Assembly: GCA_034520565.1 (NCBI GenBank)
Contig: JAXHNL010000002.1
Span: 256,001 to 320,000, forward strand
Direction of reading: 5' to 3'
Length of the DNA: 64,000 bases
Source: Halodesulfurarchaeum sp.
GTDB lineage: Archaea; Halobacteriota; Halobacteria; Halobacteriales; Halobacteriaceae
The notes beneath the pieces are model-generated. The model saw only the letters and a program-made list of their open reading frames with translations, ran no database searches and was not told the origin of the DNA. Positions 1 through 11,163 of the stretch are shown in pieces (position 1 is the stretch's first letter; each line of letters starts with the position of its first letter). The position numbers and the translations under genes are program-made.

Positions 1-369
1 GTTTGCGAGTCTGGTGTACTGTTCGGTGCTGGTTCCCTTCACGAAGTAGTCGGTGACCCCCGCCTTCATCGCCTCGCTCGCGACGGACTCCGATCCCTTC
101 CCGGTGTAGAGGATGAAGGGGAGGTCCGGATGGGACGCCCGGACCGTCTCGAGGAAGTCGAGGCCGTTCTCCCCGGGCAGGGCATAATCCGCGATGATGC
201 AGTCGATTGGGATCTCGGCGAGAAGCGTCTCCCCCGCCCGGGCGGCCGGTGCCGTGTACACGCTGAACCGATCGTCCTCCCGTTCGAGGTGTTCGGCCAG
301 GATTTCGAGGAGGTCCGGGTCGTCCTCGACGACGAGCACCGAGATTTCGGTTCCCGTTCGACCACCCAT
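1..369 (-). CDS. Response-regulator receiver (REC) domain protein, probably the N-terminus of a REC-PAS kinase; 3' end lies outside the window
   Basis: Not in the ORF track; translated by hand from ATG at 369: MGGRTGTEISVLVVEDDPDLLEILAEHLERE...IDCIIADYALPGENGLDFLETVRASHPDLPFILYTGKGSESVASEAMKAGVTDY, a typical haloarchaeal REC domain. Confidence 0.88.
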   Translation of the reverse strand, partial: MGGRTGTEISVLVVEDDPDLLEILAEHLEREDDRFSVYTAPAARAGETLLAEIPIDCIIADYALPGENGLDFLETVRASHPDLPFILYTGKGSESVASEAMKAGVTDYFVKGTSTEQYTRLAN

Positions 370-751
370 GGGCGTTGAAGACACGTTCGGAAAATTAGTA
401 TTACGGTGTAACCGAAGTATTGGCGGGTATCCAGCCGCTCGTGCCGATCTCGGTCGATGCAACTGGGTCTCGACTCGAGCGGGTCCGGGGTTCGCTGAAT
501 GACTGTGAACGAACGTGAAGTGGGCGGGCCGTCGAATCGAGTCGAGACCCACGCCCGGTGTTTCGGACCGATACCGGCGAATCGGAAACGGGTCCGTTTC
601 TGATCCACTCTCGTGGGGGTCGCCAACTACTTGTCCCGCAAGAACGTAGTGAATTTGACATTCGAATGAGTTCGACCCGATCCCCGAGGGACGGTTTTGA
701 TCGGGCGCGAAGCGGCGCGGGCGCCCCTTTCCGACCGATCAAGAGGGGGAC

Positions 752-2929
752 GTGATGAACGACAGCCCAGCGACCGTGGGGGCTCCCGATTCGATCCGTG
801 TCCTCTACGTCGACGACGACCGGAGCGTCACGGCGGTCGTCAAAGCGCATCTCGAGCGGGTGGACGGAGGCCTCGAAGTCGAGACGGCGACCGGCCTCGA
901 GGACGGGCTCGAGAAACTGTCGACGAACGGGATCGACTGCATCGTCTCCGATTTCGCCATGGCCGGGGGAACGGGGCTCGACTTTCTCGAAAGCGTGCGA
1001 GAGGAGTATCCGGATCTCCCATTCATCCTGTTCACGGCGAAAGGGTCGGAAGCCGTCGCCAGCGAAGCGATCTCGGCGGGGGTAACGGACTACCTGAAGA
1101 AGGGCGGGAGCACCGAACACTACGCGGTCCTCGCCAACCGCATCCGGAACGCCGTCGACCAGGCCACCGCAATCCGTGAACGAGCGGCCATGCGCGAACG
1201 GATGGAACTCGCCCTCGAGAAGACCGACTCGCTGATTTTCGAGATCGATCTGGAAACCGACCGCGTGGAACGGCACGGGGCCGTCGAACAGTTCTTCGAC
1301 GTCGATCGGGAGTCGATCTCGACGAAGGAGGCCTTCGCCGATGAGATCGTCCACCCCGACGATCGGGAGCAATTCCGGGCGTTTTTCGAGGGGTTCAGGC
1401 GGGGCGAAAAGCGATCTGACGTCCACGAATTCCGGACGGAGCCGGAACGAGGGCCAGTCCGGTGGCTCCGGGGGCACGTGAATCTGGTTGCCGAGGGGCA
1501 ACTGCTGGGACTAATCCAGGACGTCACCGAGCAGAAGACCCGGGAAGAGTCCCTCCTCCAGTACAAGCAATCCGTGGAGAGTTCGAAGGACCTGCTCGCC
1601 GCGGTCGACGAGGACCTGCGATATCTCTTTGCGAATCAGGCCTACCGGCACTATCACGACCTCCGTGGCGTGGCGATCGAATCGCGTTCGTTGCCCGACG
1701 TGCTCACCTCCGACCAGTTCGAGGCCGTCGAACCGAGCCTCCGGAGGGCACTAGCTGGACATCCCGTCCAGACCGAACTAATCAGGAAGCATCCGAACAG
1801 GGGCGGGCGGATCCTCGACGTGCGACTGTTCCCCCTCGAAGACGAGGACGGGGACGTACAGGGCGTCGGGGCCTCGATGCGGGACGTCACGAGCGAGCGG
1901 GAGTTGCAAGATGACCTTCGGGAGGCAAAGGAGCGATACGAGTCACTCTTCAAGAGCATCCGGGATGCGATACTCGTCGCTGACACCGACCGTCGGATCA
2001 TCAACTGCAACCCGTCGTTCACGGAACTGTTCGGGTACGAACTGTCGGAGGTCGAGGGCAAACACACGAAGTACGTCTACGAGAGCGAGGCGGAATTCGA
2101 GGCCATGGGTAAAGCGCTCGAGGGGCACATGGACGACCCGACGTTCTCCTACACCGTCTCCTACGAGAACAAATCGGGACAGACGTTTCCCGGCGAGACG
2201 AGCGTGTTCTACCTCCGGGACGCGGAAAACGAGATCGTCGGGTTCATCGGGGTGATCAAGGACGTCACCGAGCGCCGGGACCGTCTCAAGCAGATCCAGA
2301 ACCTCGACCGGGTCCTCCAGCACAACTTCCACAACGATCTGACGATTATTGACGGGTTCGCCGAAACGATCGAGCGAGAAGGGGCCCGACCCCAGTCCCC
2401 CTATGCGGGCAAAATCAGGGAGACGGGACAAGAGTTACTCGCCACCGTGGACAAGGAACGAGAGATCACGAAGTTCCTGTCCGATCCCCCGCCGACGGTG
2501 GCACTCGAACTGCCACGGCTTTGCGACCAGGTCGTCGACCGGGTCGCGGCGTCCTACCCGAACGCGGAGATCGTGACTCGCTTCGACGGGAGTGCGACCG
2601 TCGAGGCGAGTGCCGCCATCGAGCGGGCGATCGAGGAACTCCTCACGAACAGCATCGTGCATTCGAGGGCCGAGCGCCCGAGGGTGACGGTTGCCGTCAC
2701 CGTCACAGACACCACGGCGACGATCGAAGTCCGGGACGAAAACCGGATCATTCCCGAGATGGAACGAAAGGTCCTGACGGGCGAAGAGGAACTCCGACCG
2801 CTCTATCACGGCAGCGGGATGGGGCTCTGGCTCGTCACACTCATCGTCAAACACTCCGATGCGACGCTGTCCATTCGACAGGCCGAACCGACGGGGAACG
2901 TCGTGACGATCGAGTTGCCCCTGGACTGA
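752..2929 (+). CDS. Hybrid sensor histidine kinase (REC-PAS-PAS-PAS-HisKA-HATPase)
   Basis: N-terminal REC (LYVDDD...IVSDF...FTAKG), three PAS/PAC repeats, H-box LQHNFHNDL, N-box ELLTNSIVH, G2 HGSGMGLW. Confidence 0.92.
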   Translation: MMNDSPATVGAPDSIRVLYVDDDRSVTAVVKAHLERVDGGLEVETATGLEDGLEKLSTNGIDCIVSDFAMAGGTGLDFLESVREEYPDLPFILFTAKGSEAVASEAISAGVTDYLKKGGSTEHYAVLANRIRNAVDQATAIRERAAMRERMELALEKTDSLIFEIDLETDRVERHGAVEQFFDVDRESISTKEAFADEIVHPDDREQFRAFFEGFRRGEKRSDVHEFRTEPERGPVRWLRGHVNLVAEGQLLGLIQDVTEQKTREESLLQYKQSVESSKDLLAAVDEDLRYLFANQAYRHYHDLRGVAIESRSLPDVLTSDQFEAVEPSLRRALAGHPVQTELIRKHPNRGGRILDVRLFPLEDEDGDVQGVGASMRDVTSERELQDDLREAKERYESLFKSIRDAILVADTDRRIINCNPSFTELFGYELSEVEGKHTKYVYESEAEFEAMGKALEGHMDDPTFSYTVSYENKSGQTFPGETSVFYLRDAENEIVGFIGVIKDVTERRDRLKQIQNLDRVLQHNFHNDLTIIDGFAETIEREGARPQSPYAGKIRETGQELLATVDKEREITKFLSDPPPTVALELPRLCDQVVDRVAASYPNAEIVTRFDGSATVEASAAIERAIEELLTNSIVHSRAERPRVTVAVTVTDTTATIEVRDENRIIPEMERKVLTGEEELRPLYHGSGMGLWLVTLIVKHSDATLSIRQAEPTGNVVTIELPLD

Positions 2930-3010
2930 CTGCGGGTCGCCCGATCGGTCCCGGGAATCGGCCCGACAGGCGGCCAAGGGCTTATCGCCATTGCGGCTGA
3001 AGGGTCATTT

Positions 3011-3400
3011 GTGAACACGGCACCCGGTACCACACCCATCGAGGAATACTGGGACTGGTTCGCGGTCGCGCTGTTCGTCCTCATCACGGTCGACATGATC
3101 ACGACCGTGTACGCGGCCTGGTACGTCGGCCCCGCCGCGGAGGCGAACCCGCTGATGCGCTGGGCACTCGGGCAGGGGATGGTAACGGTCACGCTCGTGA
3201 ACCTCGCCGCGACGGTCGTCGCAGTCGGCGGGTTTGCCCTGCTGATGAGACTCTTGCGGGCAACAGACCCGCCGTGGGACCGGTTCGTGGCCCTCGGCGT
3301 CGAGGCCTGGCTCGGGCTCCTGATCGCGGGTGGGCTCTTTGTCTTCGCTAACAATCTCACCGTCATCGTCTACGGGCGGTCGCTGTTCCTCGCCGCCTGA
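3011..3400 (+). CDS. Small integral membrane protein (about 4 TM; DUF5658-like)
   Basis: Hydrophobic helices; D..TT...G...EANPLM motif. Confidence 0.7.
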   Translation: MNTAPGTTPIEEYWDWFAVALFVLITVDMITTVYAAWYVGPAAEANPLMRWALGQGMVTVTLVNLAATVVAVGGFALLMRLLRATDPPWDRFVALGVEAWLGLLIAGGLFVFANNLTVIVYGRSLFLAA

Positions 3401-3442
3401 ACGGGGCGACACGCGACAGTCGAAACGAAACCGGGCCACAGC

Positions 3443-3835
3443 TTAGCCCAGAACCTGTTCGAGCTGGGGGCGTCGCCGGTCGACGTCGAAATGGGGCTGG
3501 AGCCGGCCGCTCGCCGCGATCCGGTCCACGAGGAGGAGGACGTCTATCCCCTGTTCCTCGGCGAGGTCGGCGAGTACCTCGATGTCAGCGCGGTGCAGGG
3601 CCAGAGAGCCGAGCAGCGAGACGAACGCGGCGGCGGTGACGCCAGCCTCGCCGGTGGGGAAGTCCCCGAGAACCGTCGTGAAGTCGGGATCCTCCGCCGG
3701 CGGTTTCGTCCGGGGCTCGAGGGTCAAACAATCCCGACAGAGTTCCGCGTGTTCGGGTTCGGCGGGAAGGTGGTCGCGGACCGCCTCGGGGACCGAAAAC
3801 GCGAGGGTGGGACCGCCACAGTTCGGACAGGACAT
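3443..3835 (-). CDS. Haloarchaeal zinc-finger protein (CPxCG-type, DUF6276-like)
   Basis: N-terminal CPNCG and a second CRDC pair; acidic composition. Confidence 0.75.
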   Translation of the reverse strand: MSCPNCGGPTLAFSVPEAVRDHLPAEPEHAELCRDCLTLEPRTKPPAEDPDFTTVLGDFPTGEAGVTAAAFVSLLGSLALHRADIEVLADLAEEQGIDVLLLVDRIAASGRLQPHFDVDRRRPQLEQVLG

Positions 3836-3906
3836 AGCTGCACATCGATAGGGCCGGAGAAAACGCCGTCGGCTCGCAGACGTGGTATCGGTGTCACCGA
3901 AATCTT

Positions 3907-4590
3907 TCAGGATTCGCTCGCCGCTTCGGCCGCAGCCGCCTCGGCCGCCTCCTCCTTCTTCTCCGCGGCCTCCTTGTTCGCTTTGATCTTTTTCATCCGG
4001 AAGATCTCCTCGCGTTCCTGCTCCTCGAGTTTCGATTCGATGTAGTCCTGGGACTCATAGAGGTCCGGAAGGAGCGTGAACTCGAGGGCGTTGACCCGTC
4101 GCTTCGTGGTCTCGATCTCCGTGAGCATCTTCTTCATCGCCGTCTCGACCTCGGCGGCGAGGACGATCGTCTCCAGGAGTTCCTCGAAGGTTTCGGCGGT
4201 CTCGTCGATCCGGGCGCTCGTTCCGAGGATTCCGTAGCCCCGTTCGTCGAGGTCCTTGCGGACCTTCGTGGACTCGATCTGCGGGACGACCACGCCCATG
4301 ATGTTCTTCGACTCCACAGTGATCTCCGGGTGTTCCTTGATCGCCGCGGCCGCGCCCCGCACGGCGACGTCGCCCTCCATCGCGCGGGCCAGGTTGATCT
4401 GTCGCTGGGCCCCTTCGTACTGGGACTCCATGTCCCGTCGCACGTCCTGGGCCTGATCGAGGATGTCCATGAACTCCATGATGAGGCCGTCACGCTTCTG
4501 TTCGAGCGTGTCGTGGCCTCGCTCGGAGAGCTCGATGCGATCCTCGATCTGCATCAAGTTCTTTCGGGTGGGCGTGACGTCGGTGGCCAT
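3907..4590 (-). CDS. atpD: A-type ATP synthase subunit D
   Basis: PTRKNL...[12 protein letters not shown] and [13 protein letters not shown] motifs. Confidence 0.97.
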   Translation of the reverse strand: MATDVTPTRKNLMQIEDRIELSERGHDTLEQKRDGLIMEFMDILDQAQDVRRDMESQYEGAQRQINLARAMEGDVAVRGAAAAIKEHPEITVESKNIMGVVVPQIESTKVRKDLDERGYGILGTSARIDETAETFEELLETIVLAAEVETAMKKMLTEIETTKRRVNALEFTLLPDLYESQDYIESKLEEQEREEIFRMKKIKANKEAAEKKEEAAEAAAAEAASES

Positions 4591-4686
4591 ACAGGGACTC
4601 CTCGCTTGAGGGGGTAATCGTTTTCGGACCGGGATCGACCTCGAAGGACTCCAGACCGATTTCCTGGACCGTCTCGGTCCCGTCGC

Positions 4687-5718
4687 TTAGACTGGATCGA
4701 GTTCGCCGGCGTCGAGTTCGGCCTCGACGTTCGAGGCGGCCTCGACCATATGCTTGAGTTTCGTCTCCGCCGGCTCGCGCTCCAGGGGTTTCAACCCGCA
4801 GTCCGGCGAGACCGTCAGCTGGTCGGCCGAGAGGTACTCCAGACCCTCCCGAATCCGGGCCTCGATCGTCTCGACGTCCTCGGCCTCGCGGGACTGGGTG
4901 TCGACGACCCCGAAGCCGACGTCCATCTCGAAGTCCCGACCCGCAAAGACCTCGGCCGGGTCGTCTGCGTCCGGGCTGGCGAACTCGAGGTCGAGTTCGT
5001 CGACCGGAAAGTCGACCATGTCGTCGGCGAGGTTCGCGTAGTTGCCCGAGCAGACGTGCGTACCAAAGCGGACGTCCTCGGGGACGGCTGCTGCGACACG
5101 CGAGAGACACTCGTGGGCCAGTTCGCCGTGCGGGGACATGCCCAGGCCCGGCTCGTCGAGCTGGATCCACTCCGCGCCGGCCGCCGCGAGTCGCGGTACC
5201 TCCTCGGCGATGAGGTCGGCGAAGTCGAGGGCCAGGTCCTCAATGGAGTCGTAGGCGCCCGTGCTGGCGAAGGTAGCAAGCGTGAAGGGGCCGGTGATGG
5301 TCACTTTGACCGGGCGGGACGCGACGGAATCGGCGAACTCGAAGTCCTCGAGGAGCCACGGTTCGGCGGTCGATATTTCTTCGGTCACCGCGGGCATGCT
5401 CGCGTTCCAGTCCGCGCCGTCGCCGTCACCGTCGGGGGCGTCGTAGCCCGTGATGACGTTCGTGAAGTAATCGACCATCCCCTCCCGGCGCATTTCGCCG
5501 TCCGTCACGACGTCCAGCCCCGCGAGTTGCTGGTCCAGAATCGCCGCCCGGGTGGCGTCGTTCTCGGCCTCGGTGCGGGCTGCCGGGTCGAGATCGCCTG
5601 CCGATTCGCCCTCCCGAACGTAGTCGAGCCAGTCGGGCTGAGGATAGCTCCCGACGACAGTCGTCAGGAGGAAGTGCTCGTGGTCGTGGTGTGGCGGTTC
5701 GAAGTGGCTGCGGTTCAT
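4687..5718 (-). CDS. metE: Cobalamin-independent methionine synthase, catalytic (C-terminal) domain only
   Basis: TTVVGSYP, DVVTDGEMRR, TGPFTL, IQLDEP; Zn ligands HVC, E (LDLEF) and PDCG; start at ATG 5718 (MNRSHF). Confidence 0.88.
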   Translation of the reverse strand: MNRSHFEPPHHDHEHFLLTTVVGSYPQPDWLDYVREGESAGDLDPAARTEAENDATRAAILDQQLAGLDVVTDGEMRREGMVDYFTNVITGYDAPDGDGDGADWNASMPAVTEEISTAEPWLLEDFEFADSVASRPVKVTITGPFTLATFASTGAYDSIEDLALDFADLIAEEVPRLAAAGAEWIQLDEPGLGMSPHGELAHECLSRVAAAVPEDVRFGTHVCSGNYANLADDMVDFPVDELDLEFASPDADDPAEVFAGRDFEMDVGFGVVDTQSREAEDVETIEARIREGLEYLSADQLTVSPDCGLKPLEREPAETKLKHMVEAASNVEAELDAGELDPV

Positions 5719-5802
5719 ATGCCCGTGGCTACGCGAGGGGGCGCACAAAAACCCTTCCCGGATCCCCCCAGCGACACGGTTAGTCCGCCGAAAACTACGA
5801 AG

Positions 5803-7203
5803 TCAGGCCTCGACTTCGGCTTCGCCCTCGACGTAGTACTCCTCGATGAACTCCTCGTCGATCCGGTTGAGTTCGGCCTTCGGGAACATCGAGACGAGTT
5901 CCCAGCCGACCGAGAGCGTCTCTTCGATGGTCCGATCGGTGGTAAAGCCCTGGTCGACGAACTCCGCCTCGAAGCGATCGGCGAAGTCGAGGTAGGTGTT
6001 GTCCCGCTCGGAGAGGGCCTCGCGACCGACGATGTTCACGAGGTCGCGCAGGTCCTCGCCCTCCGCGTAGGCCGCATAGAGCTGGTCGGAGAGGTCGCCG
6101 TGATCCTCGCGGGTGAGGCCCTCGCCGATCCCCTCGTCCATCAGCCGGGAGAGACTCGGCAGCACGTCCACCGGGGGCTGGACGCCCTGGGAGTTGAGAC
6201 TCCGGTCGACGTAGATCTGGCCCTCGGTGATGTATCCGGTGAGGTCGGGGATCGGGTGGGTGTCGTCGTCCCCGGGCATCGTCAGGATCGGGAGCTGGGT
6301 GATCGACCCCTCCCGGCCCTCGATGCGGCCGGCCCGCTCGTAGAGCTGGGCCAGGTCGGTGTACATGTACCCCGGGTAGCCACGTCGGCCCGGCACCTCC
6401 TCGCGGGCCGCGCCGATCTCCCGAAGGGCCTCACAGTAGTTGGTCATGTCCGTCAGGATGACCAGGATGTGATAGCCCTTCTCGAAGGCGAGGTATTCGG
6501 CCGTGGTGAGCGCCAGCCGTGGCGTGATCGTCCGCTCGACGGCCGGATCGTCCGCGAGATTGAGGAAAAGCGTCGAGCGCTCGAGCGCGCCGGTGCGCTC
6601 GAAGTCCGCGATGAACTCGTTCGCTTCCTCCCGGGTGATCCCCATCGCGCCGAAGACGACGGCGAACTCGCTTTCGCCCCCGCTTTCCTCCTCCTCGGGC
6701 ACGGTCGCCTGGCGGGCGATCTGGAGGGCCAGGTCGTTGTGTGGCAGGCCCGATCCCGAGAACAGCGGGAGCTTCTGCCCGCGAACGAGGGTGTTCATGC
6801 CGTCAAGTGCCGAGATGCCGGTCTGGATGAACTCCCGGGGGTATTCGCGGGCATACGGGTTGATCGCCGCACCGACAATGTCCCGGCGTTCGTCCGGGAC
6901 GATCTCCGGGCCGCCGTCTATGGGCTGCCCGGAGCCGTCGAGGACCCGGCCGAGGAGGCCCTCGGTGACGGGCATCTTGAGCGTCTCGCCTAGGAACCGG
7001 ACCGAAGCGTCGCGGCCGATTCCCTCGGTCCCCTCGAAGACCTGGATGGCGACGACGTCGCCGGAGGTCTCCAGTACCTGGCCGCGCTTTACCTCCCCGT
7101 CGGGCGTCTCGATCTCGACGATCTCGTCGTAGCCGATCGGCTCGTCGGTCTCGACGAACACCAACGGACCGGTCACGTCAGTAATTGTACGGTATTCCTT
7201 CAT
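5803..7203 (-). CDS. atpB: A-type ATP synthase subunit B
   Basis: [43 protein letters not shown]. Confidence 0.98.
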   Translation of the reverse strand: MKEYRTITDVTGPLVFVETDEPIGYDEIVEIETPDGEVKRGQVLETSGDVVAIQVFEGTEGIGRDASVRFLGETLKMPVTEGLLGRVLDGSGQPIDGGPEIVPDERRDIVGAAINPYAREYPREFIQTGISALDGMNTLVRGQKLPLFSGSGLPHNDLALQIARQATVPEEEESGGESEFAVVFGAMGITREEANEFIADFERTGALERSTLFLNLADDPAVERTITPRLALTTAEYLAFEKGYHILVILTDMTNYCEALREIGAAREEVPGRRGYPGYMYTDLAQLYERAGRIEGREGSITQLPILTMPGDDDTHPIPDLTGYITEGQIYVDRSLNSQGVQPPVDVLPSLSRLMDEGIGEGLTREDHGDLSDQLYAAYAEGEDLRDLVNIVGREALSERDNTYLDFADRFEAEFVDQGFTTDRTIEETLSVGWELVSMFPKAELNRIDEEFIEEYYVEGEAEVEA

Positions 7204-8948
7204 CAGTAAAGTGCCTCCAGTTGCTCCGTGATTTCGTCTTCGACCTCCTGGATGAACGGCTCCCAGTCAGCAGCCGTGTTCATCCGGTTGAGGCGAGGTA
7301 GCGATTCGATCGCCGTGACCTCCTCGACCGGGACGCCGGCGTCGAGGGCCGCAAAGGCCGCCTCGTCGAAAGTCCTGATTGCCTGCAACATCCGGTAGGT
7401 CTTCTCCGGGGTACAGGAGGTGTCGACCTCGTGGAACGCGTTCTGCTGGAGCCAGGCCTCGCGGATGTACCGGGCGATCTCGAGTGTCAGCTGCTGGTCC
7501 TCGGGCAGTGCGTCCTTGCCGACGAGCTGGACGATCTCCTTGAGTTCGGTTTCCTCGTCCAGCACGTCGATGGCCCACTGCCGCAGTTCCGGGAAGTCCC
7601 GGGCGACGTTCTCCTCGTACCACGGGTCCAGTTGGTCGCGATACAGCGAGTAAGACTCGTTCCAGTTGATCGCCGGAAAGTGTCGACGCTCGGCGAGGTC
7701 GGCGTCGAGCGCCCAGAAGACGTTGACGATACGGAGCGTGTTCTGGGTGACCGGCTCGGAGAAGTCACCGCCCGGCGGGGAGACCGCCCCGATGACCGAA
7801 ATCGAGCCCTCGGTACCGTTGACGTTCTCGAAGTAGCCGGCCCGTTCGTAGAACTGGGCCAACCGCGAGCCGAGGTAGGCCGGATACCCTTCTTCGCCTG
7901 GCATTTCCTCGAGCCGCGAAGAGATCTCCCGCATCGCCTCCGCCCAGCGGGAGGTCGAGTCGGCCATCAGCGCCACGTTGTAGCCCATATCCCGGAAGTA
8001 TTCGGCCATCGTGATTCCCGTGTAGACCGAGGATTCCCGGGCTGCGACCGGCATGTTCGAGGTGTTCGCGATGAGCGTCGTCCGGGCCATCAGCGGGTTC
8101 CCGGAGATGGGGTCCTCCAGTTCGGGGAAGTCCTCGATGACCTCGGTCATCTCGTTGCCGCGCTCCCCACAGCCCACGTAGACGACGATGTCGGCGTCTG
8201 CCCACTTCGCAAGTTGGTGCTGCGAGACCGTTTTACCGGACCCAAACGGGCCCGGAATCGCGGCCGTGCCGCCCTTGGCGAGGGGAAAGAGCCCATCGAA
8301 GATGCGTTGTCGGGAAACCAGCGGCTCGGTCGGGGTTTGCTTCTCGGCCGACGGCCGGGCCGTCCGAACCGGCCACTCCTGGTGCATCGTGATCTCCTCG
8401 CCCGATTCGAGGGTGACCACCGCCTCCTCGACGGTGTACTCCCCCGCCTCGATCTCGGAGACCGTGCCGCCCTCGGAGTCCGGCGGCACCATGACCTTGT
8501 GATCGATGGAGACCGTCTCCTCGACGATCCCGACGACATCGCCGGGACTCACGTCCTCGCCCACCTCGACGCTTGGTTCGAACTCCCACTCCGTCTCGAG
8601 GTCGACCCCCGGCGCGTCTACCCCGCGGTCGAGGAACGCACCCATCTTCGCCTCCAGGATCTCGAGGGGGCGCTGGACCCCGTCGTAAATCGAGTCGAGA
8701 AGCCCCGGGCCCAAGTCGACCGTCAGCGGTTCGCCCGTCGATTCGACGGGTTCGCCCGGCCGGACTCCCGAGGTCTCCTCGTAGACCTGGATCGTCGTCA
8801 CGTCGCCTTCGATCTCGATGACCTCGCCCATGAGCCCTTCATCGCCGACGTACACGACGTCGTTCATCTGGGCGTCGAGGTCCGTGGCGGTCACGACCGG
8901 ACCGCTCACGCTTTCGATTTGACCGTGTGCTGTAGTCTGCGTACTCAT
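7203..8948 (-). CDS. atpA: A-type ATP synthase subunit A (no intein)
   Basis: Walker [37 protein letters not shown]; 581 aa. Confidence 0.98.
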   Translation of the reverse strand: MSTQTTAHGQIESVSGPVVTATDLDAQMNDVVYVGDEGLMGEVIEIEGDVTTIQVYEETSGVRPGEPVESTGEPLTVDLGPGLLDSIYDGVQRPLEILEAKMGAFLDRGVDAPGVDLETEWEFEPSVEVGEDVSPGDVVGIVEETVSIDHKVMVPPDSEGGTVSEIEAGEYTVEEAVVTLESGEEITMHQEWPVRTARPSAEKQTPTEPLVSRQRIFDGLFPLAKGGTAAIPGPFGSGKTVSQHQLAKWADADIVVYVGCGERGNEMTEVIEDFPELEDPISGNPLMARTTLIANTSNMPVAARESSVYTGITMAEYFRDMGYNVALMADSTSRWAEAMREISSRLEEMPGEEGYPAYLGSRLAQFYERAGYFENVNGTEGSISVIGAVSPPGGDFSEPVTQNTLRIVNVFWALDADLAERRHFPAINWNESYSLYRDQLDPWYEENVARDFPELRQWAIDVLDEETELKEIVQLVGKDALPEDQQLTLEIARYIREAWLQQNAFHEVDTSCTPEKTYRMLQAIRTFDEAAFAALDAGVPVEEVTAIESLPRLNRMNTAADWEPFIQEVEDEITEQLEALY

Positions 8949-9280
8949 TAGGATTCCTCCTCGTCCATCAGATCGATGCCGATGGCCCGTTTGATCTGGT
9001 CGCGAAGCCCGGTTCCCCCGGCCTGGCCGCCGCCGAGGGTGAGGACGGTGGGCTCGATGCTTTTCGAGACCGCACGCTCGGTCCTCCGGGAGAGGTACTC
9101 GAGGTCGTCGGCGTGCATGATGACGATCCCGACGTCGTCCCGATCGAGAACGGTTTCGACGGCCTCGTCCAGCCGCTCCGCCTTTTCCCCCTCCCTGACG
9201 TTCTCGAAGACGTGGACCCCGGCGAGGCGGAACCCCGTCGTGAACTCGGGAGCCCCGATGACGGCGATCTCCTGGCTCAT
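8948..9280 (-). CDS. atpF: A-type ATP synthase subunit F
   Basis: IAVIG...TTGFRLAG and IKRAIGIDL; operon position. Confidence 0.95.
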   Translation of the reverse strand: MSQEIAVIGAPEFTTGFRLAGVHVFENVREGEKAERLDEAVETVLDRDDVGIVIMHADDLEYLSRRTERAVSKSIEPTVLTLGGGQAGGTGLRDQIKRAIGIDLMDEEES

Positions 9281-10326
9281 AGCATCACCAGCTCCTCTTC
9301 GATCGTCGATCGGGACAGACCCGTTTCCACGCCGTGGGCGATCGCCCGAATGTTGTCGACCTCCCGCTCCTTTGCGAGGATGTACGCGAGGACCGGACAG
9401 ACCGAGAGCGGATAGACGTGGGAGAGGCGATCGGCATAGGAGAGCAGTGCCTCCTCCAGTACCCGTTCGAAGGCGCTCACCCCACGCTCGTCCTGCAGGG
9501 CGTCGATTGCCTCCGAGAGGTCCTCCCCGTAGCGGCTTTCCCGGACGTGGGCGATCAGCTGGTCGGTATCCGAGACGAGCGAGTTGATCTCCGCACGGGA
9601 GAACAGTTTTCCGCCCTCGATGAAGTATTCGGCCGGGTCGATGTCGGCTCCCGAGCGGGCGATCCGGAGCCCGTTCAACATGTTTCGGAAGTCGATCTCG
9701 GCCTGGAGGAACTCCCGGTAGAGTTCGAGTGGCCCGGTTTCCCCCGTCGATTCGTAAAACAGTCCCTCGTAGTAGGCCCGGTCGATCGCGTTCTCGAGGG
9801 GGGTCAGCAGGCCGGTCTCCTCGAAGTCCTCGCGAGCCGACTCGACGCTCTTCCCGAAGTCCGTCTCCTCGACGATCGTCTCGATGGCCGTATCGATATC
9901 CGGGGCCGCGATCAGCTGGTCGAAGAACTCGGCGTCGAGTTCCCCGGCGTCGATGAGGTTCTCCCGGATCTCCTCGTCGGTCGCCCCCGAGTTTCGCCCT
10001 CGGAGCACCGTCTTCAGATTCCAGGCGTCGAACTTCCGGAGGTAGCGGGCGACCAGCTCGTAGAGCTGCCCCTCCGAGAACCGGAGCAGGTCGTCGAACT
10101 CGCGGGCGAGGTTCCGGTTCAGGGCGTACTCGATCAGCTGCACCCCGCTGTAACGGGCCCCGAGCTCATTGATCTCGACCTGGTAGGGGGACTCCTCCAT
10201 GAAGCGGGCGATGCCGCCCAGGCCCATTCCGAGGAGTTTCCGGTAGTCGTCCTCGCCGAAAAGCGATGCGCGCCGGTGTCGAACCCTGGCGACGACGTAC
10301 TCGTAGTTGGCCGAGCGGACACTCAT
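9277..10326 (-). CDS. atpC: A-type ATP synthase subunit C
   Basis: YEYVVARVR and [13 protein letters not shown]; operon position. Confidence 0.95.
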   Translation of the reverse strand: MSVRSANYEYVVARVRHRRASLFGEDDYRKLLGMGLGGIARFMEESPYQVEINELGARYSGVQLIEYALNRNLAREFDDLLRFSEGQLYELVARYLRKFDAWNLKTVLRGRNSGATDEEIRENLIDAGELDAEFFDQLIAAPDIDTAIETIVEETDFGKSVESAREDFEETGLLTPLENAIDRAYYEGLFYESTGETGPLELYREFLQAEIDFRNMLNGLRIARSGADIDPAEYFIEGGKLFSRAEINSLVSDTDQLIAHVRESRYGEDLSEAIDALQDERGVSAFERVLEEALLSYADRLSHVYPLSVCPVLAYILAKEREVDNIRAIAHGVETGLSRSTIEEELVML

Positions 10327-10898
10327 TGCTCCTCGAAGAGCACGTCGCTGAGCGATTTCAAATTCTCCTCCCAGACGGTCTCGAGGACGGAGTCGAAGGT
10401 GTTGTCCACCCGGATCCGCCCGTCAGCGCCCTCGAGGACGACCCCACCGAGACAGTCCGTTTCGCCGGCGAGCGTGAATCCGTCGTAGTCCGCGAGGATC
10501 GTCTCGAGAAGGTCTGTATCCGCCGGGCGGGCGTACACCGCCGCCTCTTCGAACTCCGTCACGGCGTCCTCGAGCAGTTCGCGGGTCAGGGCCTCCCGGT
10601 CGTCCTCGTCGAGATCTGCGATCGAGTCTTCCACCCGTTCACGAACGGTCGAGAGGACGTCCCGTCGAGCCTCGAGGCGCTCCTGCTTTGCCTCGAGGGT
10701 CGCATTCGAGATCCGCTGCTCGCGCTCCCCTTCGATCTCCGTCTTTACTTCGCGTTCGGCCGTCTCGCGGATCGACTCGGCCTCGGCTTCGGCCTCCGCC
10801 AGGATCTCCTCGACTTCGACTTCGGCCTCCGCAAGGATCTCCTCGGCATGGGCCTCCGCCTCCGCTTCGATGTCCGCGACGACCGTATCAAGACTCAT
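10323..10898 (-). CDS. atpE: A-type ATP synthase subunit E
   Basis: Coiled-coil N-terminus; GGVVLEGADGRIRVDNTF. Confidence 0.95.
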   Translation of the reverse strand: MSLDTVVADIEAEAEAHAEEILAEAEVEVEEILAEAEAEAESIRETAEREVKTEIEGEREQRISNATLEAKQERLEARRDVLSTVRERVEDSIADLDEDDREALTRELLEDAVTEFEEAAVYARPADTDLLETILADYDGFTLAGETDCLGGVVLEGADGRIRVDNTFDSVLETVWEENLKSLSDVLFEEQ

Positions 10899-10910
10899 TA
10901 CTTGTGGAGC

Positions 10911-11156
10911 TTAGACGACGAAGATCGTCACGAGGGCGAGGATCACGAGCGTCTCGGGGATGACCGTCAGGATCAGGCCGATCCCGAACAGATCCTCGTC
11001 CTCGGCGATTGCGCCCATCGCTGCGGCACCGATACTTCGCTCGGCGATCCCGGCCCCCAGGGCGGCGAGTCCGACTGCCAGTGCGGCCCCGGCAGTTGGC
11101 GGGATAGCTGGTTCCTGTGCGATCAAACCGACAACGTTTGCAAGTGTGTCTAGCAT
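10911..11156 (-). CDS. atpK: A-type ATP synthase proteolipid subunit K (c)
   Basis: Two TM helices; conserved Glu in IPETLV. Confidence 0.95.
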   Translation of the reverse strand: MLDTLANVVGLIAQEPAIPPTAGAALAVGLAALGAGIAERSIGAAAMGAIAEDEDLFGIGLILTVIPETLVILALVTIFVV

Positions 11157-11163
11157 GGGTTAC

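Noticed and set aside
4750-6993. 747-aa plus-strand ORF and the similar long ORFs opposite atpA, atpC, atpI, gpmI and icd
   Set aside because: Antisense shadows of well-supported genes, with non-haloarchaeal amino-acid composition.
7203-8948. Intein in AtpA
   Set aside because: The length is 581 aa and the sequence is continuous around Walker A; there is no insertion.
10911-11156. Possible Na+-binding signature in AtpK (E...ET)
   Set aside because: It lacks the downstream Tyr of the complete Na+ motif and looks like the ordinary haloarchaeal proteolipid.
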